Source of the DNA: the human T2T-CHM13v2.0 reference genome, Homo sapiens
Assembly: GCF_009914755.1 (NCBI RefSeq)
Contig: NC_060934.1
Strand: one strand, 5' to 3'
DNA: 64,000 nt
The position numbers and the translations under genes are program-made. The notes under the pieces are model-generated. The model did not search any database. It saw nothing but the letters and a program-made list of their open reading frames with translations, and had not been told where the DNA came from. Each line of letters opens with the position of its first letter. Position 1 is the first letter of the stretch. Positions 14,694 through 32,940 of this stretch are shown piece after piece.

Positions 14694-17049
14694 ATCTACT
14701 TTTTGGAGACAATGTTTAAGGAGAGATGTTCAACCCAAGACAATGCCTCCAGGACTTTGCTTTCTCACCACCAACCACCTGACCCCAGAGAGAAATGCCC
14801 TTCTGACCCCTACTGGTTATGATGGGGCATACACCAAGTGCAGAGAATTCTTTCCAAGCTGATTTCAGAATATTCTCCAAAACACTCTCCAACAATGATT
14901 GGACAAGAAGGTTAAACATAGAGAACGTTGACTCAGTCCTGATTAAACAGGCTGAAAAGACAGAAACAAATAATCACCACGTATGTAGCAATAATGGAGC
15001 AACAAAGTAAATATGAAGGCAGAGGCTTGCTATCAATATTTAACTAGAGGATTAATATACAGAGAATGCACTTCCGAGAATACCAAGGTGACCAGGGGGG
15101 CAGAAATGACTCAATTATGATACACTGTCACAGTCAGGGAAGAAGAAAGTGTTGTCTGCATTGTTTAACTTAGTGTTATAAACGCACAACTGAGGCAATC
15201 ACGGTGATTAACATGGAGATGATGATGAGTGATAACGCCAGACTCATTAGCATGAAGCATTTGTTGATAGAAACGGATAGGGAACAAGTTGTAAATTCTG
15301 GCCAAGAATTTCTCCCTAAGAGATTCCTGTACATCGCACATCGCAGTCTTGCATATCGAGACTGTTCTAAGGCTTTTTTTTTTTTTTTTGGTCCTTTATT
15401 TGCTCAATGAGACCAAATGTCTCAAGAATCACTTCTTTACATCTTGGGGTAAAGTTTCTAACCATAATGTGCCCTGATATTCATTTGTACAAACAAATAT
15501 GTTTCTTAGTCTATTGCTATTCAACCATTTCTTAGAATGGGGACATTATCAAAGTATTGAATATGCAAATTTTTCCATGAGTAAGTAAATTTGGGGAATT
15601 CTGGATTAAAGTGTACTTTAGCATATCAAAATGGCTTTAGTGTGGTGAGATACACTGAGATTCTTCAAGAGGGATGTAGTTGTATATGGCACTTCCCATA
15701 AACATTAGTCTATACCATCGTCTCTATAGAAATATCTTAAATAACCAAGATTCCTTAGGAGGCTCTTGAGGAACGGCTTTTCTTTCCTGATTCTTTTCTT
15801 CAATCAGTCCAGTCCATTGCTGGGTTTCCTCTACACCATCTTGCCCACACTTCCTTTATGTATGGAGTGAGATGGTCACCAGCTGGTTTTCTGAAAATCT
15901 TCATACCAGAGGAGGTGAAAATGCTCTGTAGTATCATCCAGAGACCCTACCCTCGAGTGTGCTAGGAAGGACCATATACTCCTGAGTCTTCTCTGACAGC
16001 AATGATCCCCACCAATGTCTTGTTCTCTTTCCTATTAGAACAGCATGCAGACACATTGGCACCAAATACCTAAAAGTCATTGCTCCTCAACAGGAAATGA
16101 CACATTTTCAGTCCCACTGGGATTGCATCATATTCCGATACTATTTCTTGAAGAGCTAATGCTATGTGAACCTCTAAGATTACGGGACCTTATATGTTCC
16201 CATCTCCATTTCCATGATTTAATATTGCAAGATTCCGGCATTTTCCTTCTTGTCCCCTCTGAAATCCTATTCTTCCCTCCACTCTGTGTCTCACTAACAA
16301 CTCCTCCTGGAGCTGCACAGAAATAGAGACCATTAGTCTTTGAGACAAGGCTGAGTACAAAAAAGAGTTGAAACAAGTGACAGTGAATTTCAGGAGTCAG
16401 GTTTCTCTGCAAGGAGCCAGGTTTCATTTCTGCCTTGGCCATTATGTGTTTATTTGGGTGAACTTGGTCAGGTGGTTACCACCTTTGTTTTTTCTCTGTC
16501 AAAAAGGGATCATGGCACCCAAGCAGCATATTAAAATGAGCAAAAGCCACAAAAATGTAAGGCCACAAAATGGTGAAAAATGACTGCCACAGACATTCAT
16601 AATTTTTTAAAATTTTATTTCAAGGTTACTGCATTGATTCTTTCTCTGATAGTGAAAAACCTGGTACGGGTCAATTTTTTTATAATAAACTTCAGGGGAT
16701 GGTACATATTCAAGTGGAAATGAATGGACGGCATGGCTGCGAGTCAGTTAGTCAAGCTGTATATATTCAGATTGAAATGGGCAACTGTCTAATTGCACTT
16801 ACGGAGAGAGGGGGCACCAAGGCACCTTTACCTCTTCCTTGCGTCTTGGTAAGTGTTTGCTTGACCTTGGCTTAGGAAGGAGCCTGCCCTGCCGTAGGAC
16901 AGTAAGAATTAGCTCAAAACGATTCTTCCAAGGAAGAGCCACAGAGAAGAGATCAATGAAGAATATTAAAGATCTGTAATCTTGCTTTGCCTTAAATAAG
17001 CCTATGGGTTTGCCTTAGGACAAGACTAAAAAAAAAAAAAAAAGAAGCT

Positions 17050-17921
<872 letters not shown>

Positions 17922-17984
17922 TTAGTTTGGGGCCTGGAATGTCAGAAAAAGAGAGAGTAAGAGTCCCTGGTATAGCTGGTTAGG

Positions 17985-18230
17985 GGAGGCAGAGAGCATG
18001 AACCTGGAGTCATACTGCCAATTCCTCAATCCTGCCTCCGCCACATGCTGGCTGGGCCATCTCCTTCATATTCCTTAACCTCCTTGTGCCGCCGTTTCAT
18101 ACTTTGCAAGTGGTGATAATGATGATTATATCTAGCCAGTGGGCTTGTTGTAAGGATGAAATAATACATGCATGTGAAGTGCTTAAAATAGTACCAGGCA
18201 CATGGCAAGGTCTTAAATAGCAATTATATT
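17985..18230. mobile_element. MIR remnant
   Basis: ttgttgtaaggatgaaataa...gtgctta core. Confidence 0.6.
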
Positions 18231-19277
18231 ATCAATACTAAATAAATATCCTGCCTGCTCTCGGACTCCAGGGGTTGGAGTGGGAAGGAGTGAAGGGTGG
18301 AAAATGCAAGAAAGAAGAGAAAATGTTCTAAGCACCTTAGCAGAGGAGTAGCTTGGAGTGCCTTGTGGTGCCGGGGCTTTCTTGAGAAGCCCATGGAGGT
18401 GTCCCCCATGTTGGAAATAGCTGCATAAGGTGAGGGGATGGATCATGCAGTTCTGCTTTCAGTTATTTGATAATGATGTGGCTTTTAATAACTCCTCTGT
18501 CAACTCCCTACTGCCCTATTCCACAGCACACCCATTTTTACTTAAAGACTTTAAGTAAAACTCTGCTTTAAACAATGACCTGTGTGCATGGCTACTTAGG
18601 GGGATTAAACAAAAGGTGTTGTGTTCTTTATCCGGGCGGTGTTGCCTGTTTAGTTGTGATGGGGTAAGAAGAGATGAGGTACTGGATGTGAGGCTCCAGA
18701 GAGATGGAGAATTCAGAGGAAGCAACATCACAAAGAGAGGCATCCCAGAGAAACTCAGGAGAGACTTGGGCGTGGAGGATGCAGAGAATTTCACTGTATG
18801 TGTGTTGGGGGGCTCTTGGAACTTCTAATGAGAGCCTCAAGGAGGGGAGATTCTTTAAAAGTGGGGATTTGGCTGACACCGGTTCTAGCTTCTTCCTGGG
18901 AACTGCGTTCCTAGTTCTTAGCCCAGCTGTGAGGCTAGGTCTTCTCACTGGCGGCTGTCATACTTCATGGACATTCCTGCCTCTTAGTCAACTTGCTCCT
19001 TCAAAGTTGACTGTTGCTCCTGACTGTTCTCGGACCCCAGCCTCTTGGCCCATCTGCTACCAGCACTACACCTGTCTGTCAGTTCCACCCGGAAATGCCT
19101 CCGTGCTTGACCTGTTTCTCCACATCAACCTCCCCTGGAGCTCGAGACCCACATTCCCTACATTCTCACTGCCTGCCCCGCTCTCACAGCTCAGCAGGAG
19201 ACAGATGCAAACAGTTACTTAAACCAGCATATCATTAATATCTTAATCAGTACAGTGTGGCAAAAGAACAGGGCCTC

Positions 19278-19582
19278 TTTTTTTTTTTTTTTTTTTTGAG
19301 ATGGAGTCTCCTCGCTCTGTCGCCCAGGCTGGAGAGCAGTGGTGTGATCTCAACTTACTGCAGCCTCCACCTCCTGGGTTCAAGAGATTCTCCTGCCTCA
19401 GCCTCCTGAGTAGCTGGGATTACAGGCACCCACTACCACGCTCAGTTAATTTTTGAATTTTTAGTAGAGATGGGGTTTCACCATGTTGGCCAGGCTGGTC
19501 TTGAGCTCCTGACCTCAAGTGATCCATCTGCCTCGGCCTCCCAAAGTGCTGGGATTACAGGCGTAAGCCACTGCACCCAGCC
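19278..19582 (-). mobile_element. Alu (AluS-like), TSD aagaacagggcct
   Basis: Reverse Alu consensus; TSD. Confidence 0.95.
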
Positions 19583-19929
19583 TCAAGAACAGGGCCTTTT
19601 AAAGAGAGTAACAGGGGACAAAGTTTAAGTTGAGGGGTCAGTGAAGACCTCTAAGAGGAAAGGATATTTAAATTGCAACCTGGACAATTAATAAGGGACA
19701 ACTGGGTGAATGGGACACATGGGAGAGCTAACTAAGAAAGGAAAGCATAGGCAGCGCTTTTGACATTTTTAAGGCATTGAAAGACCAGTGTATCTGGACC
19801 TCAGCAAGCACGGCGTAAAACGGCATGAGGTGAAATGAAACAGATAGGGAGCCCTGTTATTATTTATTAATGTAGGTATACTGTAGTATCTGTAAGTCCT
19901 CAGATCATGCAGAACTTATAGACCACAGG

Positions 19930-20650
<721 letters not shown>

Positions 20651-20849
20651 ACCAGGGTACGGTGACCAGGTTTTATTCTAAAAGCAATGGGAAATCTGAA
20701 TATTTTAAAGCAGAGGGATGACGATTCAATTCACATTTTGAAAAGTAAAAAGTGAAATGAAAGAATATTTTATTGCTATCCCACATTCAGTATGCCTAAA
20801 ATTGCCCTCGTTTACTTTTTCCCCAAATTAGCTTTTCTGTTTTAAAAAT

Positions 20850-20970
20850 TTTTTTAGAGACGGAGTCTCACTATGTTGGCCAGGTTAACCTCGAACTCCT
20901 GGCCTCAAGTGATCCTCCCACCTCAGCCTCCTGAGTGGCTGGAATTACAGAAGTGAGCCACTGCACCCAG
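20850..20970 (-). mobile_element. Alu monomer (FLAM)
   Basis: Single reverse arm. Confidence 0.85.
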
Positions 20971-21564
20971 TTAGCTACTGCTTTTGTTGTTCTTTTTAGA
21001 ATGGCTGATGCTGCTATACTTCTGGCCAACCAAACTGAGAAGTAAGCATCTTCTTGAAGTCTTCTTGCCTCCATTGTCTTTTAATGTCTTCATGTTTTAC
21101 CTCCATGTGTACTCCCTGGAGCTCAGAATAACAGCCTCAAGTGATTGTAAGACAGACAAATTGGCTGTTGTGCGTTAGGAGGTGGACTTTACCTTGTGAT
21201 TTCGTAACAAGAATACTTTGCACTTGCAGATGTCCCTGCATCTACTCTTTTATTTCTCATGGTCACCAATCAGAGTTTCCAAACTTTTTCCTAATAGACA
21301 TCCTTGTCTTTTTCTCCTAACTCTACGTGCACCCCTATCAGACTACTACCAATGTAATCTTTCTAATCAACCCAAGTAATTCCTCTGCCAACATCTCCAC
21401 TGTATCTCCATTGGAATAAATGACAGTACTTTTTAGGCAAGAAGGAGGTGTTCATGATAGGCTAATTCAATTCTGCCTTTATTTGAGGGAGGTTTTAGGA
21501 CCCGCAGAAGTTACAGGACTGCTCCAATGTTGCACCTGTAGCAGAGTCAGAATTTGTACCCAGT

Positions 21565-22198
<634 letters not shown>

Positions 22199-24010
22199 TA
22201 ACTTTCTGAGTGTTTTAGACATTTTGTCAATTTAGTTTTCACAACCAGTTTTTGGTTCCCATGGTATTGTCTTCATTTTTATCAATGCATTAACCAAAAC
22301 TCAGCAAAATTAAGTAACTTGAAAAAAATTGCATGAAGAATGAACAATTAAATTGGTTATTTACACAAAGTGCTGCTAAGTTTCAAAGCCCATGTTATAG
22401 CTTCTTCTTCCTGTCACTCATCTTTCCCACACAAATCTACAAATCACTTGAGGGCCTAATCTAGATCTCACATCCCTTTTTATATCACGTAACACCTTGT
22501 GCAGACAGGTACTTAATGAATATATTTAGGGAAATGGAAGAATAATAGAAGGAAACAAAGAAAGAAGGAAAGAAGGAAGAAAGAAAGGAGAGAAGGGAGG
22601 ATTTAGATAAATACCAAGGCCTCCGGAGGCCAAAGCCATTGTCCTTTCCGCTCTAACAAATGATATCTTGAATATTATTGATCAGAACAAATGCAAAGAA
22701 TGGGCCCACAGTAAATTATCTTGATATATTTCTGGTTTCCATCCTCCTTTTGTATGAGGAAATACGAATATGAATATACTGATTAAGAATAGTGTGGGTT
22801 GGCTTGCAAGTTAGCATAAGTTATGAAGAGTTAATGCAAAGTTTAATAAAGACGTTTATCTCCACTGCTCAAATAGAAGTGAATGGACTTAGAAATAAGG
22901 TTTGTACAATGCAGATCATTCAAGAGCCCCGTGACTAACTAGATGTGAGAAGTGGCTGAATTGGCTGAAGTGTCACTATACAAATATTAACATTTTGCAT
23001 TGTTTTACTTCATTTAGAGATCATTTAATTCAGAAGGGAAATGGAATAGCTTGTCTTTCATGATCTATAGCACTCTAGTTCATTTAAATAATAGATCTTT
23101 GTGTTTGGAGCTTTTTTTCACTTACAGTTTCCGTTCAGCTTCCTGCCAAGATTGGGTTAGAGAGGCTTAATGGTAATGCGTGACATGTGCTTTGTGGAGT
23201 GTGTTCCCTGGAGCTCAGAGTAACAGCCTCAAGTGACTGTAACACAGCCTGAAAAATTGGCTGTTGTGCATTAGGAGGTGCACTTTACCTTGCAATTTCG
23301 TAACAAGAATACTTTGCATTTGCAGATGTCAATTTGTGGATCCGTGTTTTTAAAATGTTTGCTGCATCTTCCTGTACCCCGGGGACCGAGGAATGGCTCT
23401 GGAGACAAGCAGACAAATTCCACATTGATGCATCACTGTGCTCGGGCTGTGCCACCACCAAGGAGGGCTTCCGCTGACTTCAAAGGGAACTCAGAGCATG
23501 ATGGGAAAATTGGACCTAATAAGAATATTTCTTTTTGAAAACTCCTTTTCTAAGGTGCTTCACTGAAAAGTGCTTTGCCTGTTATATATTCCCTTAAGCC
23601 AAAATGCATGTAAATGCAGGAGCTTACAAGCAGGGGTTACAGACTAGAATGACTTCCTGGGGTACCATTGTCAGGTGATGGTACAAATAATGCCACTATC
23701 AAGATGAACTTGAAAGCCCAAAATGCTGCCAGGGATTTGACAATGGTGCTGAGATCATGGAGTGAGGTTGACTGAGTGGTGCCTTCTTTCGACTTGCAAG
23801 AGAACCTAAAGGGTCAGCCAGCCAGAGGCTGTCAGGTATATACCAAGAGAGAGTAAGTGTGACATTTCTGGACCCTCAATAGAGAAAGATAGGCTTGAGC
23901 CTGACTTACTGATGCAAATATTTATTTTCTAGAGTGAGTTGCTTTGAGGGTAGTTTCTAAAACAGAGATGTTATTGAGGCTCTTAGCATTTGGGTGTTGT
24001 TTTTTTGTTT

Positions 24011-24398
24011 TTCTTTTTCCTTTTTTTGAGATGGGGTTTTGTTCTGTTACTCAGGCTGGAGTGCAGTGGTGAGATCATAGCTTATTGCAGCCTGGAATTC
24101 CTGGGCTCAAGCCATCCTCCTGCCTCAGCCTCCCAAGTAGCTGGGACTATGGGTGTGTGCCACCACACCCAGCTAATTTTCATATTTTTTGTAGAGAATC
24201 AGTTTTGCCATGTTGCCCAGACTAGTCTTGCAATCCTAGGCTCAAGTGACTCTCTCGCCTCAGCTTCCCAAAATGCTGGGATTACAGATGGGAGCCTCTG
24301 CAACTGGCTCTGGCTAATTAAAAAACTTTTTGCAGAGATAGGGTCTCACCATGTTGCCCTGGCTAGTCTCAAACTCCTATCCTCAAGTGCTCCTCACA
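24011..24398 (-). mobile_element. AluJ-like element plus an additional partial arm
   Basis: Full reverse dimer followed directly by a third arm fragment. Confidence 0.85.
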
Positions 24399-25659
24399 TT
24401 TGGGTTTTATGAGCAGTTGTTGCTTTCTTGTGACAGACACAGATCCATAGTGTTGGTCAGCCAAATATAACCATCTAGACCCCACTTCCTGGTGCCTTAT
24501 ACTCTCTAGAGTGTGCCATTTTCCAATCACTCACTCCTCATTCATTCCTCAACTCACCCAGCCTCTACTTTCGGCCAGGTCATTCCGACATTTGCCTCGC
24601 TGTGTAATCTGATTGTGGATTGACAACTTATTGGTTAAAAAAAAACTCATCTTCCTAGTGGGACCTGTTTCAGGAGTGAGTAAACAGGCAATTTGTTTTT
24701 GGTTTTCATGTCTCCTTTCCCTTTGTGGAGTCTCCTTCTTTTCTTGATACTTTCTCCAGGTACCCAGGTTTCCTTAACTCCAGAGTTGATTTCTGGCTGG
24801 GATAACATATCACAGCCTGCTCCTGGGCTCCTCCCTTTCCGGTGTGTCTTCCTGGCATGATATTTCGTCCTCTAATAGCCACACTCTCTTTCAGTGGTAA
24901 TGAGTGGGACAAGGATAATGAGATAAACCTGTTCCTGCCAATGTTTTGCTCAGCAAATGCAGTTCCTTCTTTGTAATGCAAATGCCTTAACAGGATAGCT
25001 GACACATGGAAATGAAACGTAGGAAAGTGATTTTAGTTATTTTTAAGATAAAGTTGATTTATTTAGAAAGTAATAAATATAATTTTGAATTTTGTTTTAA
25101 AATTCTCTTATTTTTCCACTCCCAGGGCATGAGGAGTTTTAGGCAGATGGGGAGGCGTACATCAGTGGAGCTCACTCCTGTTCTTAGGTGCTGCCATGGG
25201 GACGTACGGAACCCAGAGACCTTCCTTCCATTTTCATTCTCAGTGAATTTCAGTCCCGTCGTTCTTTGCCTCCCAAATCATTCTTCTCTCCTCACTTGCT
25301 GTGAGATACTTAACATTAATTTTTCAATGGATTTATGTTTTTACAAAGTTGACTTCAGCTGCTTGTCATCTAGCAAAAATGCTGGAGGCAAGGAATTACA
25401 AAGCTGGCTGCCCGCTTAAAATGAGGGGAAAAGGAAAAATATATAATAAAGCAGGCACACAATACTCTTCAATAAATTGCATTGGCACTTCTGTTTTTTT
25501 TTTTTGTCAGTCTGATACCAGTTTCTTTCTTATGTTACTGTAAATTTTTAAAAGTACAGAAAAAGACAGGTAAAAATCAACATTCATCAACATTCCTACT
25601 ATTAAAGCAGTAATTTAAAGGTATAATTTATATTGATAAATGGATGAGTGGATGGATAG

Positions 25660-26305
<646 letters not shown>

Positions 26306-27419
26306 TTATAGACGCAATTTTAATGAAAATTATCCAATTTAATTTTACTGAAAGTTCATAGCAAAACACTAAATTAAAATGAAAGAAATGTTGAACTGAA
26401 AAAATGTTTCTTTACTGTTAGTAATATTACTTACTAAAAGACCACTTCATGCTCAGCAAAGGAATTAGGATAAATTTTCAGACCTTAGAGTTATTAGAAA
26501 AACAAACAATTGTTTCACTTTAAGATAATATAGACTGAATTCTTGCTCTTAAAGAAGAGGACATTGGAAAGAGAATGCCAGCAATCTCACCTCCCTTGGC
26601 CTCATTCTTCTCACATCCTGACCAATACATGTTTATTTGAAATACGCTAGTATTTTTACATTATTCAGATTTATAGCATTCACATTCTGTAGTGTAAATT
26701 TGATTCTCACATAGATAGCTTAGTAGTCATCCTTTTGCCCCTTTCTGCATCGTCAGCCTTCCTTGTTTTCAATTTATATCTGGATCGTCTGAATTTGACA
26801 ATAGCTCTTTCAATAGCATCTAAAGAATTCTGTACTCCTTGACATTTTTAAAAAAGAATGTCTGCCTATTACCTTTATTGTTGAATAACATCCTAGATTA
26901 GCAGAGTTTTCTTGGTATCATACTTTCTTTTCTTTGGAATTTTGTAGATTTTACTCCACTGTTTTGGATGGAGTCTTGTATGTTACTCTAGGCAAGACTG
27001 AGGATGGACTGATTTTTTTTTTCCCTTCTTTCTTAGTAATTTGTTTTTATTGCTTGGATGTCTGAAACATTCTTTGGTTCAATGTTCTTAGAGCTTAATA
27101 GCCTAACTGGCATATAGCTCAGAGCTGAATACTCTATGTCACATTTTACTGAAACATAATATTCTTTTCAATCAGCAGGTTAACTATCACCTTTATTTCA
27201 AGACAATTTACTTGTGTCACAACTCTTAATATATTGTCTCTCCTCAGGTAAGTTCTTTAACTTAGGGACACAAAGTATCTTTATGTTAGATTGCTTTTTT
27301 TCCTTCCCTTTGTAATAGTGTTAATCAAATTGCTGTAATATATTTTTATCTGAAATTATCATAATTATCTCAAAATCCCTCCTCTTAAGTCAGTAATTCT
27401 ATTTTAAGCAGTATTTTGA

Positions 27420-27764
<345 letters not shown>

Positions 27765-28652
27765 TAATAATGCTATTTTGGTCCTCATATTTGTCTTGTT
27801 TGCGAGCCCTATTTTTGTCATATCCTGTTATTTTATTATCTGATTATAAGTTTTTATTATATTCATGTTCTATATGTAGCATCAAGCAATTATCAGTAAA
27901 TTCCTGTTTCTTGATTTATGTTTTCTACTAGATTGTGCTATTTGTTTTCTTCATGATGTTTTTGTGTTTGCTGTTATTTGTTTGCCTGGTGCCAAGATGC
28001 TTTTTTAATAATCTTATTTACTCTTAAATAACTCTGCCTGGACTTTCTCTTTGCTCTGATTGGGAGTGGGTAATTCTCGACTCTCATCCCACCATATCTG
28101 ACTTATTGTGTGAGAACACAAGAAAGGAAGGAGACAAGATCATCGTGGTTGGTGCTCAGTCTTTGTTAGACTATCTGGGCTCAGTTTTCTCTTCTAAGAT
28201 TTTGTTAAGTGTCCCAAATTTGATATCTAATCAGTTCTTAGATGTGATACTGGTTTAGCTACAAAGGACAAAACAATGATTTAAATGACAGAGAAGTTTA
28301 TATTTCTCCTCTGTAACTGAACATAAAACAGCCCAGGTTGGCAGCACAGATGTGGTACCAGGCAGTTCTGTGGTGTCAGGAATCTCAAATGCCTCTACCT
28401 GGTTGTCTGTTAAACTTTCTATACATTACAATGACGCTCAGCTCCTACTGACATATCCACAGTTATTCAGTGCAGAAGGAAAAAGGGGAAGGAAAGGGAA
28501 TGATCTCACTTTTTAGAGACAGGAATGGGAGTTCAAGCATCATTTCTCCCACATGATTGGTTAAAATATAATCACATGGCCACATAGCACCTAGGGGGTT
28601 GGGAAATGTTGTCTTTGTTCTAGGCAGCCATTTGTGCAGGTGAAAGTTTAGG

Positions 28653-28920
28653 ATGTATATATATATATACACATCCTATATGTGTGTGTATATATACACA
28701 TCCTATATGTATATATATACATATATGTGTGTGTATATATACATATATATGTGTGTGTGTATATATATATACATATATGTGTATGTGTACACATACACAT
28801 ATATGTGTGTATATATATACACACACACATATATATGTGTATATATATATACACACATATATATGTGTATATATATATACACACATATATATATGTGTGT
28901 ATATATATATATATACATAT
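28653..28920. repeat. Compound (TA)/(TG)/(CA) alternating purine-pyrimidine microsatellite, ~270 bp
   Basis: Seen directly; explains the six overlapping YI/CV-rich ORFs. Confidence 0.97.
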
Positions 28921-28922
28921 AA

Positions 28923-29093
28923 TTTTATTTGTTTGTTTGTTTGTAGAGACAAGGTCTCACTCTGTCGCCCAGGCTGGAGTGCAGTGGTGTGATCATAGCT
29001 CCTTGCAGCCTTGAACTCCTCGCCCAACCTTGAGCTCTCACCTTGGCTTCCTAAAGTGCTGGGATTTACAGGCGTGAGCCACCGTGCCCGGCC
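28923..29093 (-). mobile_element. Alu monomer/partial AluJ
   Basis: Reverse Alu arm. Confidence 0.85.
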
Positions 29094-29725
29094 ATGGGAT
29101 ACAATTATTAAAGGAAGAAATCAGTGAACCAGACAGCTCTGCATCACCATGTTACCCTTCACCTAATGGTGGGGTGTAGCTCATTCTCAGGGTGAGGAAA
29201 CCCCTGGGCTTCAGAAGCCTTCCCTAATTCAGAGAGAGCTTTATGGTGTCCGCCTCCCCCTAGGTCCTACCAGTTTTTCCCAGTGGTCTTCCAGCTCTCC
29301 TCAGTCAGGAAAGGAAGAGGATGAGGACATCCTTTCAGTCAGAGTAACTCAAGATTTCGTGCTGACTGTCAGTGAGGACTCGGGATTTCTTTGATCCAGC
29401 TGTACGTGTCCCTCAGAGGGACAGAATCAGGTGAGAAGCCAGGCCGTGTGGCACTTCCCTGCCGGCTCAAGAGTTTTGTGTTTCTTGGATTTCAGGCTTG
29501 AAAGTACATTGAAATTGATTGTAGCCATTACCTGTTTCAATTGCTTTAGGTGATGATTTTTGCTGGGTTTTGCTATTTTAGTCTCATTTTCACAGTTAGT
29601 AGAGGAAAATTTTGTGATGCAGGGCTTTTTTCCCCCAATTTCTGTTTTTCAATATTTTCTCTTTTACCATTTGTAACCCATCTTTAAGCATTCTCTATCT
29701 CCCTGTCTGTTTAATTTTCTTCTTC

Positions 29726-29852
29726 TTATTATTATTGAGATGGAGTCTCGCTCTGTCTCAGCTCACTGCAAACTCAGCCTCCCAGGTTCAAGCAATTCTT
29801 CTGCCTCAGCCTCCCGAGTAGCTGGGAGCAGAGGTGCACACCACCACACCTG

Positions 29853-29886
<34 letters not shown>

Positions 29887-30000
29887 AAGACAGGGTCTCA
29901 CCATGTTGCCTAGGCTGGTCTCTAACTCCTAGACTCAAGCAATCCGCCCACCCGGGCCTCCCAAAGTGCTGGGATTACAGGCGTAAGCCACTGCACTCAG
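29726..30000 (-). mobile_element. Old Alu with expanded poly-T linker
   Basis: Reverse Alu consensus. Confidence 0.9.
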
Positions 30001-30623
30001 ATCTGTCTGCTTAATTTTCTTCCTTGCTTGTATAGGATATAGTTTTAGTTTACTATTTGAGCTACTAACTCAAAAGTTTCATAGTCTATCTTACTCGTTT
30101 TCTGCCTGTATTTTTTCATTTCCATTCTGCTATTGTACTTATTTATTTTTTAAGCTTCATTACACTTTTATTATGTTTAAGGTATTGTTTTTATATATAA
30201 AATAAAATCTAGGGAATAGGGAAAGTAGTAGTGTATGCTTAATCTGTCTTTGAATGAGAGGCGGGCTCAGAGCTAGGTGTTTGGAGACCTTTCAGTAATC
30301 CTGAAATAATGCCACTCAGGAAGCTGTCTGCCTCCCTAACTGATCCTGCAGGTGGCCTGGTTGTGTTTCTAAAACCTATCCTTAATGCTGGCATCTCACA
30401 GAGCTAACCTTTCATGCCATGTTCAACACAATATCCAAAAGGTTGGTCTTCACCCAGCTGCTGGGAGAGGAGCTGCCATGAAGCCATGAGTGATTTTGCA
30501 CTCAATAAGTTTTGTGTGGTGAGGATGGATAGAGATAAGAAAAGAAGAAATTTAGGCAGGAGGACTGCTTGTCTCTGTAGAAGAGATAAGTAGTAGAGGA
30601 GGTGTCATCCTGGTACAGAGTAA

Positions 30624-31331
<708 letters not shown>

Positions 31332-32155
31332 CATGGTTCCGGTATTCAACAAATACTGATTTAACATCTCTCATGTACCAGGTACTGTTTATTCCATGTG
31401 TTGTAGATACTGCACTAAACTAAATGGATGACAATCAGTGCACTCATGGAATCTGTATTTTAATACTGTAGATAGATAATAAAATAAGTCAGTAAAGTAT
31501 ATATTGTACTAACAGGTGATAAATTCTAGGGAAAGAAATAAAATAGGTAGTGGAGACAGGAAGTCTTGTGGATGGGAATATTCACAAATATTGTGGATAT
31601 TGGGTTCCACATATTGTTTGACTTCCTTCCTTAGGTTTTGGCCCAAATATAAACACAAATCTTTCCCCTCTCATTTGGAAAGCTGAGATGCATGGCGACT
31701 TTAAAATCACTGCATATTACTGAAGTTACTGAATACTAAATGACTAAATATGAAGGGAAACTCAAGTGGAAATACACGAGCACACATGAGAAATGTAAAC
31801 ATTGGTTCCCAGGACTCAGAGCCTGTCTCATTTCACATGGTGCCTCCTAAGAGCCTTTTTCTTTGAACCCAAAGGGCTTAAGTAATTCTAAAGGCTCTTA
31901 GTGCCGATTCCTCACTTCCTGTCTCCTGACCTGCTTCCACATGGAGGATGCCCCTCACAGTCCCACACTCAGGAGGCTCATCTTTGACATGAGCCATCTC
32001 ATCTCATTTGACATCTTGTTTGACTGCTCCATCTAAATTATGGTTGGTTTCCAGTCGGAGAAGAACCTCACTTCCCTACGTGACAAGCATAGCGAATTAT
32101 CTCATCTACCCTTCTATGGCAGAAGTGTGGCTTTGCCCTTGAAAGTTGTGGCAGA

Positions 32156-32284
32156 GGCTGGGTGCAGTGGGTCATACCTCCGATCCCAGCACTTTGGGAG
32201 GCCAAGGAGGGGGGATTGCTTAAGCCCAGGAGTTTGAGACCAAGCTGGGCAACATAGCAAGACCCTGTCTCATTAAAAAAAAAA
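32156..32284 (+). mobile_element. Alu monomer (FLAM)
   Basis: Single arm with A-tail; TSD-like aaagYtgtggcagag. Confidence 0.85.
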
Positions 32285-32739
32285 GAAAGCTGTGGCAGAG
32301 ATGCCAACAGCTCACTGAATATACAAGTGCTCCACCTCTTTTCTCAGAGCCCTTGAAATGTGGTAGGGTCTGTGCCAACTCCAGGCTAAAGCATCTGAGA
32401 CAGTAAGCATCTTTCTAGTTCTCTCTTGCACAGAGACTAGAAGTCACATATTCTGGTTAGTATGGCAGCAAGAGGTAACCAGCCTGGATCCTTGAATCGC
32501 TGCATGGAACAGAGCTGCCCTGCAGAGCCACCAGACCCATAGTAGAAATTGTGTGAGCAACAAATACACCTTTATAGATTAATCCACTAATATTTGGGAG
32601 TTTATTTCTTACCTTATAGCCTAACCTAACTTGACTAATACCAGGCCTAATAGTAAAGTGAGATCGTAGTTTAACACACTGCAAAGCATTTCTGTAGCAA
32701 CTGAAAGACCATGTCTTTACACTGAGAAAGCAGCATAGG

Positions 32740-32940
32740 GTAGCTATTAGGATTGTAAGCTTTGTGTTAGACAGACCTGGGTTTGAATCTTGCAAATGCA
32801 CCTTACCAACTAGCTGTGTGACATTAGTTACTTTTCTTAGCCTCTCTGAACTTATTTTTATATGCCCAAATCACAAGGTAGCTTGAAGGATTAATTGAGG
32901 TATCTAGCAAAGTCTGGTACAAAGCAAACCTTTAGGAAAT
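32740..32940. mobile_element. MIR remnant
   Basis: agacagacctgggtttgaatc...tagctgtgtgac...cctctctga core. Confidence 0.7.

Noticed and set aside
18516-19238. Cluster of overlapping ORFs up to 172 aa
   Set aside because: No homology or splice-consistent structure that I can recognise; chance open frames
28620-29027. Overlapping YI/CV/HT-rich ORFs on both strands
   Set aside because: Product of a dinucleotide microsatellite lacking stops
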